A DNA stretch of 64,000 nt, taken from positions 558,001 through 622,000 of the forward strand of contig MCFH01000028.1 of assembly GCA_002104945.1 (NCBI GenBank), written 5' to 3'. Both the position numbers and the translations under genes were made by a program. Positions 51,204-64,000 of the stretch are shown here, in pieces. The notes under the pieces were generated by a model that searched no databases, was not told the DNA's origin, and worked only from the letters and a program-made list of their open reading frames with translations. The number at the start of each line of letters is the position of its first letter. Within the stretch, counting starts at the first letter, position 1. This DNA is from Piromyces finnis finn (Eukaryota > Fungi > Neocallimastigomycota).

Positions 51204-52525
51204 CTTGAGTTTTAACGAAGGGCATTCTGTTAAGGAATGAACATAAATAGTTGAATTAGCTAGAATTTTAGGATTTAACCTTCAACTATTTATATTCCTT
51301 ACTAGTGTTTAACTCTATTTTTAAAATATAAAAATTATAATATATAATTTTTATACATTTTCTAGTAATTATTAATATTTTTATTATATAGTTATATTAT
51401 TTGTATTTAGTTATTTAATGTAACGAATCATAGAAATTAGTAACCTGTCTTAGTGGTTAGTAACTAAGACCTTGGTTTGAACTACTCGAGTTCGAAACCT
51501 CATTAATATCTTTTTAATTATTAAAATATTTTATAACGAAATTTTACCAAAGAAGATAATTTCTGATTGGCTTAAAAAATTAAGTTGTAAAATTTTTATA
51601 AATTTACTTTTAAAAATTTTTATATAAATACGAGTGAAATTTCTCAAAAAATTATTTTGAATTCGAGTTTTTATTAACAAAAAATTTTATAATAAAAATA
51701 AAATTATTAAACACTAACCTGTTATAATTTTGTTAAGTGTTCAATAATAAAATTTTTATTTGCTTTTATTATTTTCCTTTTTATATATTTGTGTTTTTAT
51801 TTATTGAACATTAGTTCTTTACAATAAAAACTCCTAAAATATATAATAACACCTTAGTGTTTAAAAAAGGAAGAATTTTTAATTTATTAAAAAATTAAGT
51901 AAGTCAGTGAAGCTTATTTTAACAATAAGGGTACTGAAAACAAAAGTAAAACCCACAGTTATTATAAGGGGAGCGCCAGGACGCTTAATTTAATAATAAA
52001 GAAAAAATTCATTTTCTAATAAAACGTTTTCTACTTTTAATAAATAAAATTAAATTTTATTTATTATTCTTTGAAAAATATAATAAAATAACAAAGAAGT
52101 TAGGATTCAATAACTCCCTTAGCGTGGATAGTTGGACACCTATACGTAATACTTTGTTGTTTAGATATTATTAATAATCGGGGAATTAAACCTATTTTTT
52201 TCTTTCCGCTTAATTAAGTAAGTGACAATAAAGAAACTAATACCGTTAATTCCTTTTATTGAAAATTTTCATTTCCAATATTAACAATTGATAATATCTA
52301 CGTTATCAACAAAGAGCTACAAGGGACCTAGTATTGAATACTAATAAAATTAAATATTTGATGGTCCAATACTATTTAATTTGACTCTTTGTCTATATTT
52401 AAAATATTTTAATCAATAAATAATAATAAAGATTTAATTTTTTTTTTCCTTCTTAATTTCTTCAAACATAACTTTATCTTATTTACATAATTTTTATTTT
52501 CAAACAATTATATTTTTTAATTCTA

Positions 52526-55500
52526 ATGGAAGGACAAATATTTGATAACGCCTCACTAAAAGACGGTTTCGCAGGAGACAGAAAATATCTCAAAGGTTTC
52601 TTAGCCAAAATAGAACTTGTTTTTCTCCTTTATCCCGAAAGATATCAAGATGAAGAGAGCAAGGTTATCTACCTGATTTCTCGCCTTTATGGAAATGCAT
52701 TAAATTGGGCCGCTACGCTTATTGACAACCATGATCCATGTCTGACCAACTACCAAGCATTCAAGGAAAGACTAAAGGCGTTCTATGGGAACAATGATGC
52801 AGTCTACGTAGCCAATCAAATGCTACGTACTCTCAAGCAACATCGTTTGGGCGGCATCAGAGGATACATCCTTGAATTTAACAAATACTCTGATGAATCT
52901 AACTGGAATGAAGAGGCTAAGATGGATGCTTTTATCGCTGGGCTCAACCAAGAAGTTGCAATGAAGATATTAGAGATGTTCCCAGGACCAAGAGATTTGT
53001 TTTCCCTCCAAACTATTGCAGCTAGAATAGACTCCAGACTTGCTACCAGGGGATTATTTTTTGACAAAAATTCTAAGGGACCAAGTTCTAATTCCAGCAA
53101 TGGCTCCAGAAAGGCTTCCACAAATCTAAAAGAACATCCCAAGAAGAAAAGATACTTTGGTCCGTTATCCAAGGAAGAAAAAGAAAGAAGAAGTAAGGAA
53201 AACTTATGTGTCTATTGTGGATCTCCAGGACACCAACTGAAAGATTGTCATAAGAGAAGAAATAAAAACTCAGCATTCGAATCTTTAGTTTCTCTACAAA
53301 ATAATTCTACCAATTCCAAGAAAAATCAACAAGATAGGGTAACCTCAAATTTTAAATTATCGTTTGAACTAGACACAAAAATTCTTATAGACTCCGGTTC
53401 TAGACTTAATCTAATAGATGTCGACTATTGCAACGATCACAATATTCCCTACCACTATGAAGAAGATTTACCCAACGTATTCGGTATTGGTGGTAGCCAA
53501 AAACTGTTCGGAGTTACTCCACCTCTTAATCTTCGCTACATGGATCACCTATGCCGTACTGTCTTTTACGTTACTGATCTACCTGTATATCCTTGTATTC
53601 TAGGTCTACGTTGGCTTAAGGAACATAATCCAAGTATTGACTTTGAAAATAATAAATTATCTTTTGGTTCTTCATATTGCTTGGATCATTGTATGACTCT
53701 CCCTTCGAATGTTCCCGAATTCCATCAGGAAACTTCTGTTTTTTCTACTGATTGCAATAACTCTTCTTCCGTTTCTTTGCCTATTTTTATTGACAAATCT
53801 AAATCTTCTTTTTCAAATTCTAAGTTATCTCATTCTCGTAATCCCAAAGAAAATCATTCTAAATCTGTCTTAATTAACAATGAATCTGTTAACGATCCTT
53901 TATCACAAGAGACTTGTACTGTCATGGCTTCTAATATATCTCTTTCTAAAGTTGACACTTATTCACCAAAAAACTCTCTTAAAGACTCAAATCCTATTAC
54001 TAAACTTCCGAAGGAATTAGAATCATATATGGACGTCTTTAGCGAATCTTCTGCTGATCAATTACCACCTCATCGTCCTTATGATTGCCAAATAAACCTA
54101 ATCGAAAATGCCAAGCTATTTTATGGACCAATCTACCCACTAACAGACGAAGAAACAAGAATTTTGAAGGATTATATCGATGAAAACCTCAAAAAGGGTT
54201 TCATTAGGAAATCCAAATCTCCTGCTGGTGCGCCTGTACTTTTCGTTCCTAAAAAGAATGGTGAACTCCGTCTTTGTCAAGATTATAGGGAACTCAACAA
54301 AATTACCATTAGAGATTCCTATCCTCTACCTCTGATTCAAGATATGCTAGAGCATCTTGGTAAAGCGAAAATCTTCTCAAAATTGGATTTACGATCAGCA
54401 TATAACTTGGTCCGAATCAAAAAGGGTGATGAATATAAAACAGCTTTCACCTGCAAATTCGGCCACTTTGAATACCTGGTAATGCCATTCGGACTGAAAA
54501 ACGCCCCGGCTGTTTTTCAGCATTTTATCAATGATGTTCTGGAAAATATTCTAGGGATTTTTGTTTATTCATATATTGACGATTTAATTATTTTTTCTGA
54601 AAACCATAAATCCCACATTAAGCACGTTATCGAAGTCCTGGATCGCTTAAGAAATGCTGGTCTTTATGCTAAGCTTGAAAAGTGTGAATTCTTTGTTTCC
54701 TCTATTGATTTCCTTGGTCATCGTATATCCTCTGAAGGTATACATATGGACCCCAATAAGGTTTCTGCTATTATTAATTGGCCAGTTCCGTCCAGTGTCA
54801 AGGAAGTTCAATCTTTTATTGGCCTAGCCAACTACTATCGTCGGTTTATTCCTAATTTTGCCAAAGTTGCACAACCCCTTCACAGACTACTTCGTAAAAA
54901 CGTTAAATTTGATTTTTCCTCTGAAGCTTTTGATGCATTTAATACCATTAAATCATTAATTTCATCTGCTCCCATCCTGTCTCATCCAAATCGTGATCTT
55001 CCCTTTATTGTTGAAACCGACTCTAGCAACTTTGCTATAGGAGCAGTTCTGTCTCAAAAATCTCCTGATGATAAAATGATCCATCCTGTCGCTTTCTATT
55101 CAAGATCTCTTACTTCCGCTGAAAGAAACTATCCTATATACGATAAAGAACTTTTAGCTATTGTTAATGCTCTTGAGACTTGGCGACATTTTCTCAAAGG
55201 TGCTTTAACCCCGTTTACTATTTATTCAGATCATCGAAACTTACTATATCAAAAGAAACCGGAAAAAATGTCACAACGTCTCGTTCGTTGGGCCCTTTTC
55301 CTTTCCGAATTTAACTTTAAAATTCTCTACCGCTCTGGTTCATCAAATGGTAAACCTGATGCGCTTTCACGAAGACCTGATTATATAGATTCCTCTCTTC
55401 CTTCTGATGCTCCTTTTTCGGTTTTACGCCCTGAGAATTTCTGCGCTTTGATTTGTTCCATTTCTTCTCTTAATGATGAAATATTATCTGAATATGTGAA

Positions 55501-56846
55501 CGACTCTTTTTACATTGACATTTGCAATTTTCTTGAAAATAAGAATCTCCCAGCTCCACATCCACAAAGTAATAAATTCTCTCTTAGTAATAGTTTTCTT
55601 CTTTTTGAAACTCTGTCATGATTCCCCCTCTGCCGGTCATTTCGGTATCCGCAAAACTATTTCTTTGATCTCTCGTGACTTTTGGTGGCCATCCATTTCT
55701 ATTGATGTTAAGAATTATATCCGATCTTGTGAGATTTGTTGCCGCTCCAAGCCTTCTCGTCATAAACCATATGGTTTACTTCAACCCCTTGAGATTAGTG
55801 ACCATCCTTGGGCTTCTATTTCTATGGATTTCATTACTGACCTCCCTCCTTCTGATTGATTTAACACTATTCTTGTTGTAGTTGACCGCCTTACTAAAAT
55901 GTGCCACCTCATTCCCTTTAAAGGTATTCCTTCTGCTTCTGATACTGCTTTTGCTTTTTTGAATTATATTTTCAAAATTCACGGTCTCCCCTCTGAAATT
56001 ATTTCCGATAGAGGCGCGCAATTCACTTCGAAATTTTGGAAATCTATTTGCCAATCTTTGGACGTCAATGTTAAATATTCTTCACCATATCATCATCAAT
56101 CCAATGGCCAAACGGAGAGGGTAAACTCCGTTGTTGAACCATATTTAAGATGCTTTTCTAATTATAAAGGAACAAATTGGATCAACTTTCTTCCATTGGC
56201 AGAATTCAGTTACAATAATGCTGTTCAAGACTCAACAAAATTCTCACCATTCTTCCTAAATTATGGTTATCACCCAAAATACTCTCCGGTAATTCCTGAC
56301 CAAACGAATGTTCCAAGAGCTGAAGAATTTACAAGAGACTTTGAAGACCTAATGGAGAAACTAAAAGAAAACTTAAAGAAGGCCATCCAAGTTCAAAAGA
56401 AATACGCCGACAAGTATAGACAAGAACCTCCGACATTCAAGACTGGTGACAAAGTATGGTTGGATAGCTCCTTGATAATTCATAAAGGAAATAAAAAATT
56501 TAATCCTAGGAAACTTGGCCCGTTTAGGATAATTAGTAAAATCTCTAATCTCACTTATAAATTAGAATTACCAAAATCGCTGAAGATTTACCCAATTGTT
56601 CATGTTTCAAACCTAGAACCGTATTATGAAGATAGTTTTGGAAGAATCAAAGATCCACCTCCACCTATAATAGTAAATGAAGAAGAAGAATACGAAGTAG
56701 AAGAAATACTTGATAAAAGAAAGCATTATGGGAAGATTCAATATCTAATAAAATGGAAAGGTTATCCGCTTTCAGAAGCATCTTGGGAACCTGAAAGTAA
56801 TTTAAACTGCGATGAACTAATTAAAAACTTTAATAATTCACATTAG
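52526..56846 (+). pseudogene. E5 single-frame gag-pol with canonical chromodomain, disrupted in integrase
   Basis: Motifs: CVYCGSPGHQLKDC, LIDSGS, SYIDD, ETDSSNFAIG, HDSPSAGH, SDRGAQF, YEVEEILDKR..YLIKWKGY..ASWEP. Small deletion/frameshift near 55608 and a TGA at 55857. Confidence 0.92.
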
Positions 56847-57118
56847 TAATAGTTATTAATTTAAAAAAAAAAAAAATTAGTAATTGATAAGAGAAAAAGA
56901 GAATAGAAAATAAAAAATGAAAAAATATATTTATAATTTAATATTCATGTAATTTAAAAAAAAAAAAAAAAAAAAAATTTCAAAATGTATTCACTCGTTT
57001 CAATTATTTCTCTTATAATAAAGTAACAAATAAATTTAGTTGATTCGTCTGGTATCCGAATCCTGGAGGAGGACCATGTAACGAATCATAGAAATTAGTA
57101 ACCTGTCTTAGTGGTTAG

Positions 57119-57907
57119 TGTAAAGATATCAAACGCCTCTGTTTGATATCTTTAATGTAACTTAAGCCACAAGTATTATTGTTTAAGTTACACAAATTAT
57201 ATTCAGAAAAAGAAAATGAGACATAATTTATTTATTAATAATTAAAGTTTAAAACAAAATAAATTATTAATTTATTTTTAATGTTTAACAAGCAAATTAA
57301 TATTCTCAATTCAAACCCCTAGTTTTAGTATTGTTTTGTAATAGAAATAGACATCTAGTATATAATTATTAAATGTTTAATATATCAATAATACATGGGC
57401 ACATATTCAAATTGAATGGTACTTAATTTGAATTGCCAATTGTATTTTACTAAAAATAGTTATAGTTTAAATATTTATTAATAATTAAGATTTTAGTGTA
57501 GATTTTAAATAATAATATATAAGAAATAAATAGTTATAATATAATATAAATGTATTTAGGAAAAATATAAATAGAAGATATTTTTCATCATTTTATCGAT
57601 GTAATTGTTATTATTAAAATTCTATTATAATAAAAGATATTTTATAAAACAATTTTTTATTTTATTTTTTCAAAATCTTGTGTTATTGTAATAGAATAGA
57701 TATCCTAATCTATTCTTTCAGTGTTCAACATTACAATAACAATTACCTAACATACAAATAAGAGTACGTTAGGATATCTTGGATAACTACTAGTGTCTTT
57801 GTGAGCTACCATTTTTATAAATTTATTCTATTATCTTGCTCGACACTGTAACATACAGAGAGAGTCTGAAGCAACGTTTTAGTATAGATTTTTCTTTAGT
57901 TACTTTG

Positions 57908-57946
<39 letters not shown>

Positions 57947-60900
57947 ACTTGCTTGTAATAGTAGCAGGAAACAATCGGTAATCTTAATTTTTTCATTTAG
58001 TGTCTAGTTGGTGAATTGGAGGAATTAATAAATATATTTGATAATTGGAATTTGGAGGAAATGACGGATAGAATGGAGAATGCTGCTGGGAATCATGGAA
58101 GCATTATTAATGCTCCACCATTATTCACTGGTAGGCAAAGGGAATTAGATGGTTTTTTAACCAGAGTGGAATTGGTTTTCCGAACTCGACCGGCACTGTA
58201 TAATACAGATCGCGTCCGGGTTGACTTCGTTATTTCCTACTTCTCTGGGAAACCGTTGGAATGGGCTTCATCACTAATGCGGAATAATAGTGGGATATTA
58301 AACAATTATGATGAATTTATAGATCGTTTGAGGGCTAATTTCGGATGTGACCGTTATGATACTGTTGTTGCGAATGGTAAATTAGACAACATCCGACAAA
58401 AAAAAACTTGGATATGTTGTTGATTATATTACCGAGTTTCAAAGAATAAGCCAAAATTCAAACTTTAATGAAAGTGCAAAGATCTATATGTTTCTGAAAG
58501 GTTTAAACCCACAGTTAAGAGAAAAGTTGGCTTTTGTTGAAACCAATCCAAATTCAATGGAACAGTTAATATCTTCAACAATTTTGGTTGAAGATATGAT
58601 GAAAAGAAATTCTTTAAGTGAATTCTATTTTAACAATAGGATTGCGGGAGATCCTATGGATGTTGATGTTTTTAAAATTAGTGCGGATAGGAAACGTAAG
58701 CGTTATATCAACATTCAAGGATCCAGCGGTCGTTATGAGGAGAGATCAAATAATTTTGAAGAAGAAAGAAAAAAGGGTGTTTGTTTTCTTTGCAAGAAAC
58801 CAGGACATTTGAAATTCAATTGTCCTAATAGAGTTAAACCAAAAAGAGTATTCCGGATTATTAAGGAAAAGACTCCTAGAATTGCTAATCCAAGGATTTA
58901 TAAAGTGGGAGTCATGGATAGCAAAAAAGACGTAAATATTATCGATTTTTATTTAAGTACAAACAATATTCCGGAAGTTAAAGTTAGAGTGTTAGTTGAT
59001 TCAGGATCCGAATTAAGTTTTATTAATCCTGAACTTGCTAAAGAAATTGGAATTCATTTTGAAACTGTTGAGCCTTTCCGAGTTTCAGGAGTTAACGATG
59101 GGATTTCTTGTGTAATGGAACGGAGTGAAAAGTGCATATTAAGATGTAGAAATCATTTTGAAACTATTCAATTATATAGTTTAAAGGTTCCTGGTGTCGA
59201 CGTAATTCTTGGACTACCATGGATTAAAAAGCACAATCCTGAGGCTTTTTATGATTCCAAGAAAATCAATTTTAGTTCGGGATATTGCGCTAGACACTGT
59301 AACCATGGGAAAAGAAATAGAAAAAGTAAGAAGAAATCTAAGAAGGACGAATTAGACCATGAAGTCCTCGACAAAAGTATTATGAAAAAATCGGCTAAAT
59401 CCATCGGTCTCTCGGATAATGCAAACACCTCGAATAATGAAGACAAGGAGTACGTTAGAGGACGCCTAGTAAGAACTATTAATGATGAAGAAGACAGCGA
59501 AGATGACGGAGACAATTATAATAAAAAAGTTAAATGTATAATTAGTAAAATTAGTGAAACATGTAATAGTAATAATAAATGTAATTATGAATGTAATGAA
59601 AATAGTCTTAGTTTAATAGAAACAAAGATTAAGAATAATGAATTAAATAAAGAAAAAATGGTCACCGTACCATCCGAATATATTGAATTTTTAGAAGTGT
59701 TTAACGAAAAAAATTGTGAAGTGTTACCTCCTCATAGACCTTATGATTGTGAAATCAAGATTAAGGATGATTCAACTTTATTTTATGGACCCTTGTATCC
59801 ATTAACTGAAGTTGAAAGAGAGGAACTTAAAAAATATATAGATGAAAATTTAAATAAGGGTTTTGTTAGGAAATCATCGTCTCCTGCAGGGGCTCCAATT
59901 TTGTTCGTTAAAAAGAAGGATGGCTCCCTGAGACTTTGTATTGATTATAGAAAGTTGAATGACATTACCATTCGTAATTCATATCCTTTACCTTTAATTA
60001 GTGACCTTCTGGAAAGAGTGAAAAATGCTAAAATTTTCACTAAATTAGATCTCAAATCTGCTTATAATCTTATTCGTATTAAAGAAGGTGACGAATACAA
60101 AACAGCTTTTCGTACTAGGTATGGTCATTATGAATATCTAGTTATGCCTTTTGGATTAAAGAATGCACCTGCAACTTTTCAACACTTTATTAACGATGTT
60201 CTCAGTGATTACTTAGACGATTTTGTTATCTCGTATATTGATGATATCCTTATTTATTCTAATAATATCGAAGAGCATCATGAGCATGTTAAAAAGGTAC
60301 TTAAGAAACTACTTGAAAATAATCTTTATGTTAAATTAGAAAAATGTGAGTTTGATGTTGAGAAAACCACTTTTCTTGGTTATGTCATTTCAAAGGATGG
60401 ATTGCAAATGGATGAAAATAAAGTTAAAGCAATTCTCGATTGGCCGGTTCCCAAGAATGTTAAAGAGGTTCAGTCTTTTATTGGTTTATGCAACTATTAC
60501 AGAATTTTTATTAAAGACTTTGCTAAAATTGCAAACCCTCTTCACAAACTCACTAGAAAGAATGTTGCTTTTAACTGGGTGAAAGAAGATCAGGACGCTT
60601 TTATTTTATTAAAATCTCTGTTCACGTCAGCTCCTATTCTGAAACATGCGGATAGTAATAAACAATTTATTGTAGAAACTGATGCTAGTAATTATGCTGT
60701 CGGTGCTATTCTCTCTCAAGAATTTGATGGCAAATTACATCCTATTGCATTTCTTTCTAAAAGTTTGACGAGTTGTCAAAGAAACTATCCTATATATGAC
60801 AAGGAACTTTTAGCTATTGTAATTGCTCTTGAAGAATGGCGTCATTATTTAGAAGGTGCACGCCATCCGTTCATAATTTATACTGATCACAAGAATTTAA

Positions 60901-63303
60901 CATTTCCTAGAAAACCTGAAATGTTATCTCAGAGACAAATTAGATGGAATTTGTTCTTATCCAGATTTGATTTTAAACTCATTTATAGAGCTGGAAAGAA
61001 ATCCGGTAAGCCTGATATCCTGTCTCGTAGAAGTGACCATTTAGAGAATAATATTAATTCTGATGTTTCTTGTCTTACTATTTCGTTTCATCATAGCGAT
61101 AACAAACCGTTAATCGATTCTATTTTATTAGAACTTAAAAATGACGATTTGTATAATTCTATTGTCCAATTTAAAATGAATGGTTCTGCATGTAATGCAC
61201 CTATTAAAAATATTGATAAAGTTATTATTGATAATGAAGGATTTTTGTTATATAATAATCTTATTTATGTTCCTAAATCTCTTAGGACAAGAGTTTTGGA
61301 ACTTCATCATGATTCTGTTGCTGCTGGTCATTTCGGTATTAAGAAAACCACTGAACTGATTTCCAGAAACTTTTGGTGGCCAAGGTTTCATTCAGACGTT
61401 AAATCTTTTATCAAATCTTGCGTGACTTGTTGCAAATCTAAAGTCCCCAGACATAAGCCTTATGGATTATTATCCCCCTTGGGCACTCCCAGTAGGCCCT
61501 GGTCTGATATTTCTATTGATTTTATTGTTGATCTTCCTAAGTCCAGAGATATGACAACTCTCATGGTTGTTGTCGATAGATTTACTAAATTTGCTCACGC
61601 CATTCCTTTACGTTGTCTTCCTACTGCTTCGATTGCTGCTGATGCTTTTATTGCCAATGTCTTCCGTTTGCATGGTCTTCCTGATTCCATCATTTCTGAT
61701 AGAGGCTCGCAATTTACTTCTGACTTTTGGTCAAGACTTTGTGACCTTCTTAATATCAATCATTCATTATCGACTGCCAACCATCCGCAGACAGATGGTC
61801 AAACGGAGAGGGTGAACGGCATATTAGAACAATATTTCCGTTGTTTTATAAATAAAAAGCAGAATAACTGGGTTGATCTTATCCCATTTGCTGAATTTGC
61901 ATATAATAATACTTTACAACAATCTATAAATCAATCCCCATTCTTTGCTAATTATGGTTTTCATCCAAAGTTCAGCTTAGAAATTCCAGCTAATGATAGA
62001 CCTAGTAGAGCTGAACAAAGAGTAATTGATATGAATGAAAACTTTAAATTATTAAAAGAAAACTTAGAAAAAGCAAAAGAAACATATAAGAAATATGCCG
62101 ATATGAAGAGAATGATTCCCCCGGAGTTCGAAGTAGGAAAGAAGGTATGGTTATTGAAAGATTCTCCTGGAACTAACCTAAAGAGAAAATTAGCACCTCA
62201 AATGCTTGGTCCATTTGAGATAATTGAAAAAGTTAGTTCTCTCGCTTTCAAATTGAAACTTCCAAAGACAATGAGATGTCATCCAGTCTTTCATGTTTCA
62301 TTGTTAGAACCATATTTTGAAAACAAGTTTAACGACAGGTCTAATCGTAGGAAGAGGAACATTCACCTTAACACAGATTTAATTGAAAAAATTCCAGAGA
62401 AAATTGAAAAGATGAAATCTGTTAATGGTGAAACATTTTATAAGTTATCATGGAAAGGATTTGACAAATCCACTTGGATTTCTGAAGATCAGATTCCAGA
62501 TAAACAATTAATACAAGAGTTTGAAAGAAACTCTAAAAAGTCAAAATATAAGTCGAACGACTCCTCCATGAAAATTAGAGAGAATAAAGTTGGTAATCTA
62601 ATCAAGCATAGATACCAACCATTTGTAATTGAAATTCCTTCGAGAAAAGATTCCTTATAAATTAATCTCGCAGGAGCTCGACTTAGAGAGAGAGATTGTA
62701 AAGATATCAAACGCCTCTGTTTGATATCTTTAATGTAACTTAAGCCACAAGTATTATTGTTTAAGTTACACAAATTATATTCAGAAAAAGAAAATGAGAC
62801 ATAATTTATTTATTAATAATTAAAGTTTAAAACAAAATAAATTATTAATTTATTTTTAATGTTTAACAAGTAAATTAATATTCTCAATTTAAATCCCTAG
62901 TTTTAGTATTGTTTTTTTTATAGAAATAGATAAATAATAAATGATTAATATATCAATAATACATGGGCACATATTCAAATTAAATAGTACTTAATTTGAA
63001 TTGCCAATTGTATTTTACTAAAAATAGTTATAGTTTAAATATTTATTAATAATTAAGATTTTAGTGTAGATTTTAAATAATAATATATAAGAAATAAATA
63101 GTTATAATATAATATAAATGTATTTAGGAAAAATATAAATAGAAGATATTTTTCATCATTTTATCGATGTAATTGTTATTATTAAAATTCTATTATAATA
63201 AAAGATATTTTATAAAACAATTTTTTATTTTATTTTTTCAAAATCTTGTGTTATTGTAATAGAATAGATATCCTAATCTATTCTTTCAGTGTTCAACATT
63301 ACA
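57119..63303 (+). mobile_element. E7: 6185-bp chromovirus-type element, innermost insertion
   Basis: LTRs 57119-57735 (617 bp) and 62697-63303 (607 bp). TSD GTTAG (57114-18 and 63304-08). PPT AGAGAGAGAGA at 62685. Confidence 0.95.
58041..62660 (+). CDS. E7 gag-pol, intact except one extra A in an A9 run at 58398-58406
   Basis: With A8 the frame reads RQKKLGYVVDYITEFQRIS into the 1390-aa ORF. Motifs: CFLCKKPGHLKFNC, LVDSGS, SYIDD, ETDASNYAVG, HDSVAAGH..CVTC, DRGSQF and a variant chromodomain YKLSWKGF..STW. Confidence 0.88.
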
Positions 63304-64000
63304 GTTAGTAACTAAGACCTTGGTTTGAACTACTCGAGTTCGAAACCTCATTAATATCTTTTTAATTATTAAAATATTTTATAACGAAATTTTACCAAAG
63401 AAGATAATTTCTGATTGGCTTAAAAAATTAAGTTGTAAAATTTTTATAAATTTACTTTTAAAAATTTTTATATAAATACGAGTGAAATTTCTCAAAAAAT
63501 TATTTTGAATTCGAGTTTTTATTAACAAAAAATTTTATAATAAAAATAAAATTATTAAACACTAACCTGTTATAATTTTGTTAAGTGTTCAATAATAAAA
63601 TTTTTATTTGCTTTTATTATTTTCCTTTTTATATATTTGTGTTTTTATTTATTGAACATTAGTTCTTTACATTTAAGACCTTTATTATTAGTATTAGTAT
63701 AATTACTTATAATATTTTATACTTATAAAATTTTACAAAATTTTATTATTAAAATAGTTATAGGTATTTTATTATTATTTAAGGTTTATTTTATTAATTA
63801 ACTTTATTGTATAATATTTTATAATTTGAAATTATGACATAGAATTTAATTATAATTTTTACTAAAAGAGGCAACTGTTACACACAAAACAGAAGATACC
63901 TCGACAGAAAAATTATTATTTATGTCTAAAAAAGGGCATAATTAATTGAATAATATAATTTTATTATATGTCATAATTAAATATATAATATATGATATGC

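Larger units (their letters stand above)
51419..63671 (+). mobile_element. E5: chromovirus (Tf1/sushi-like), 3' LTR split by E7
   Basis: 405-bp 5' LTR 51419-51823; 3' LTR 57077-57118 plus 63309-63671. TSD TTTAA (51414-18 and 63672-76). PPT GGAGGAGGA at 57065. Confidence 0.95.
44323..64000 (+). mobile_element. E3: Ty3/Gypsy element without chromodomain; gag broken by a solo LTR, 3' LTR split by E5 and running off the window
   Basis: 5' LTR 44323-45180. PBS TGGTGGAGATATCGGGGAT at 45188. 3' LTR 51228-51418 resumes at 63677 (1 substitution seen in ~515 bp). Confidence 0.93.

Overview
Extremely AT-rich eukaryotic DNA with short AT-rich GT-AG introns and Asn-rich proteins. The style fits an anaerobic gut fungus (Neocallimastigomycota), but this is inferred and not proven. 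The left 21.5 kb holds three spliced host genes: a RhoGAP/FAM13-like gene (+), an NDOR1/Tah18-like diflavin reductase (-), and an AK5-like gene (+) with an N-terminal RIIa-type docking domain and eight adenylate/NMP-kinase domains, four of them a recent A-B-A-B tandem expansion. A microsatellite, a decayed LINE fragment and a tRNA-Ser(UGA) gene on the minus strand follow. Everything from 25452 to the window end is Ty3/Gypsy LTR material. Peeling off the target-site duplications (TSDs) collapses seven insertions (E1, Z, W, E2, X, Y, E3) onto one site 14-17 bp upstream of the tRNA gene, which is Ty3-like tRNA targeting. The three of these that retain internal sequence are tRNA-Ala primed, use a conserved -1 frameshift signal and lack a chromodomain. 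One of them (E1) is an intact element encoding only Gag and protease. A second layer of self-priming (Tf1-like) chromovirus-type elements with 5-bp TSDs (E4, a solo LTR, E5, E7) is nested inside the first layer.
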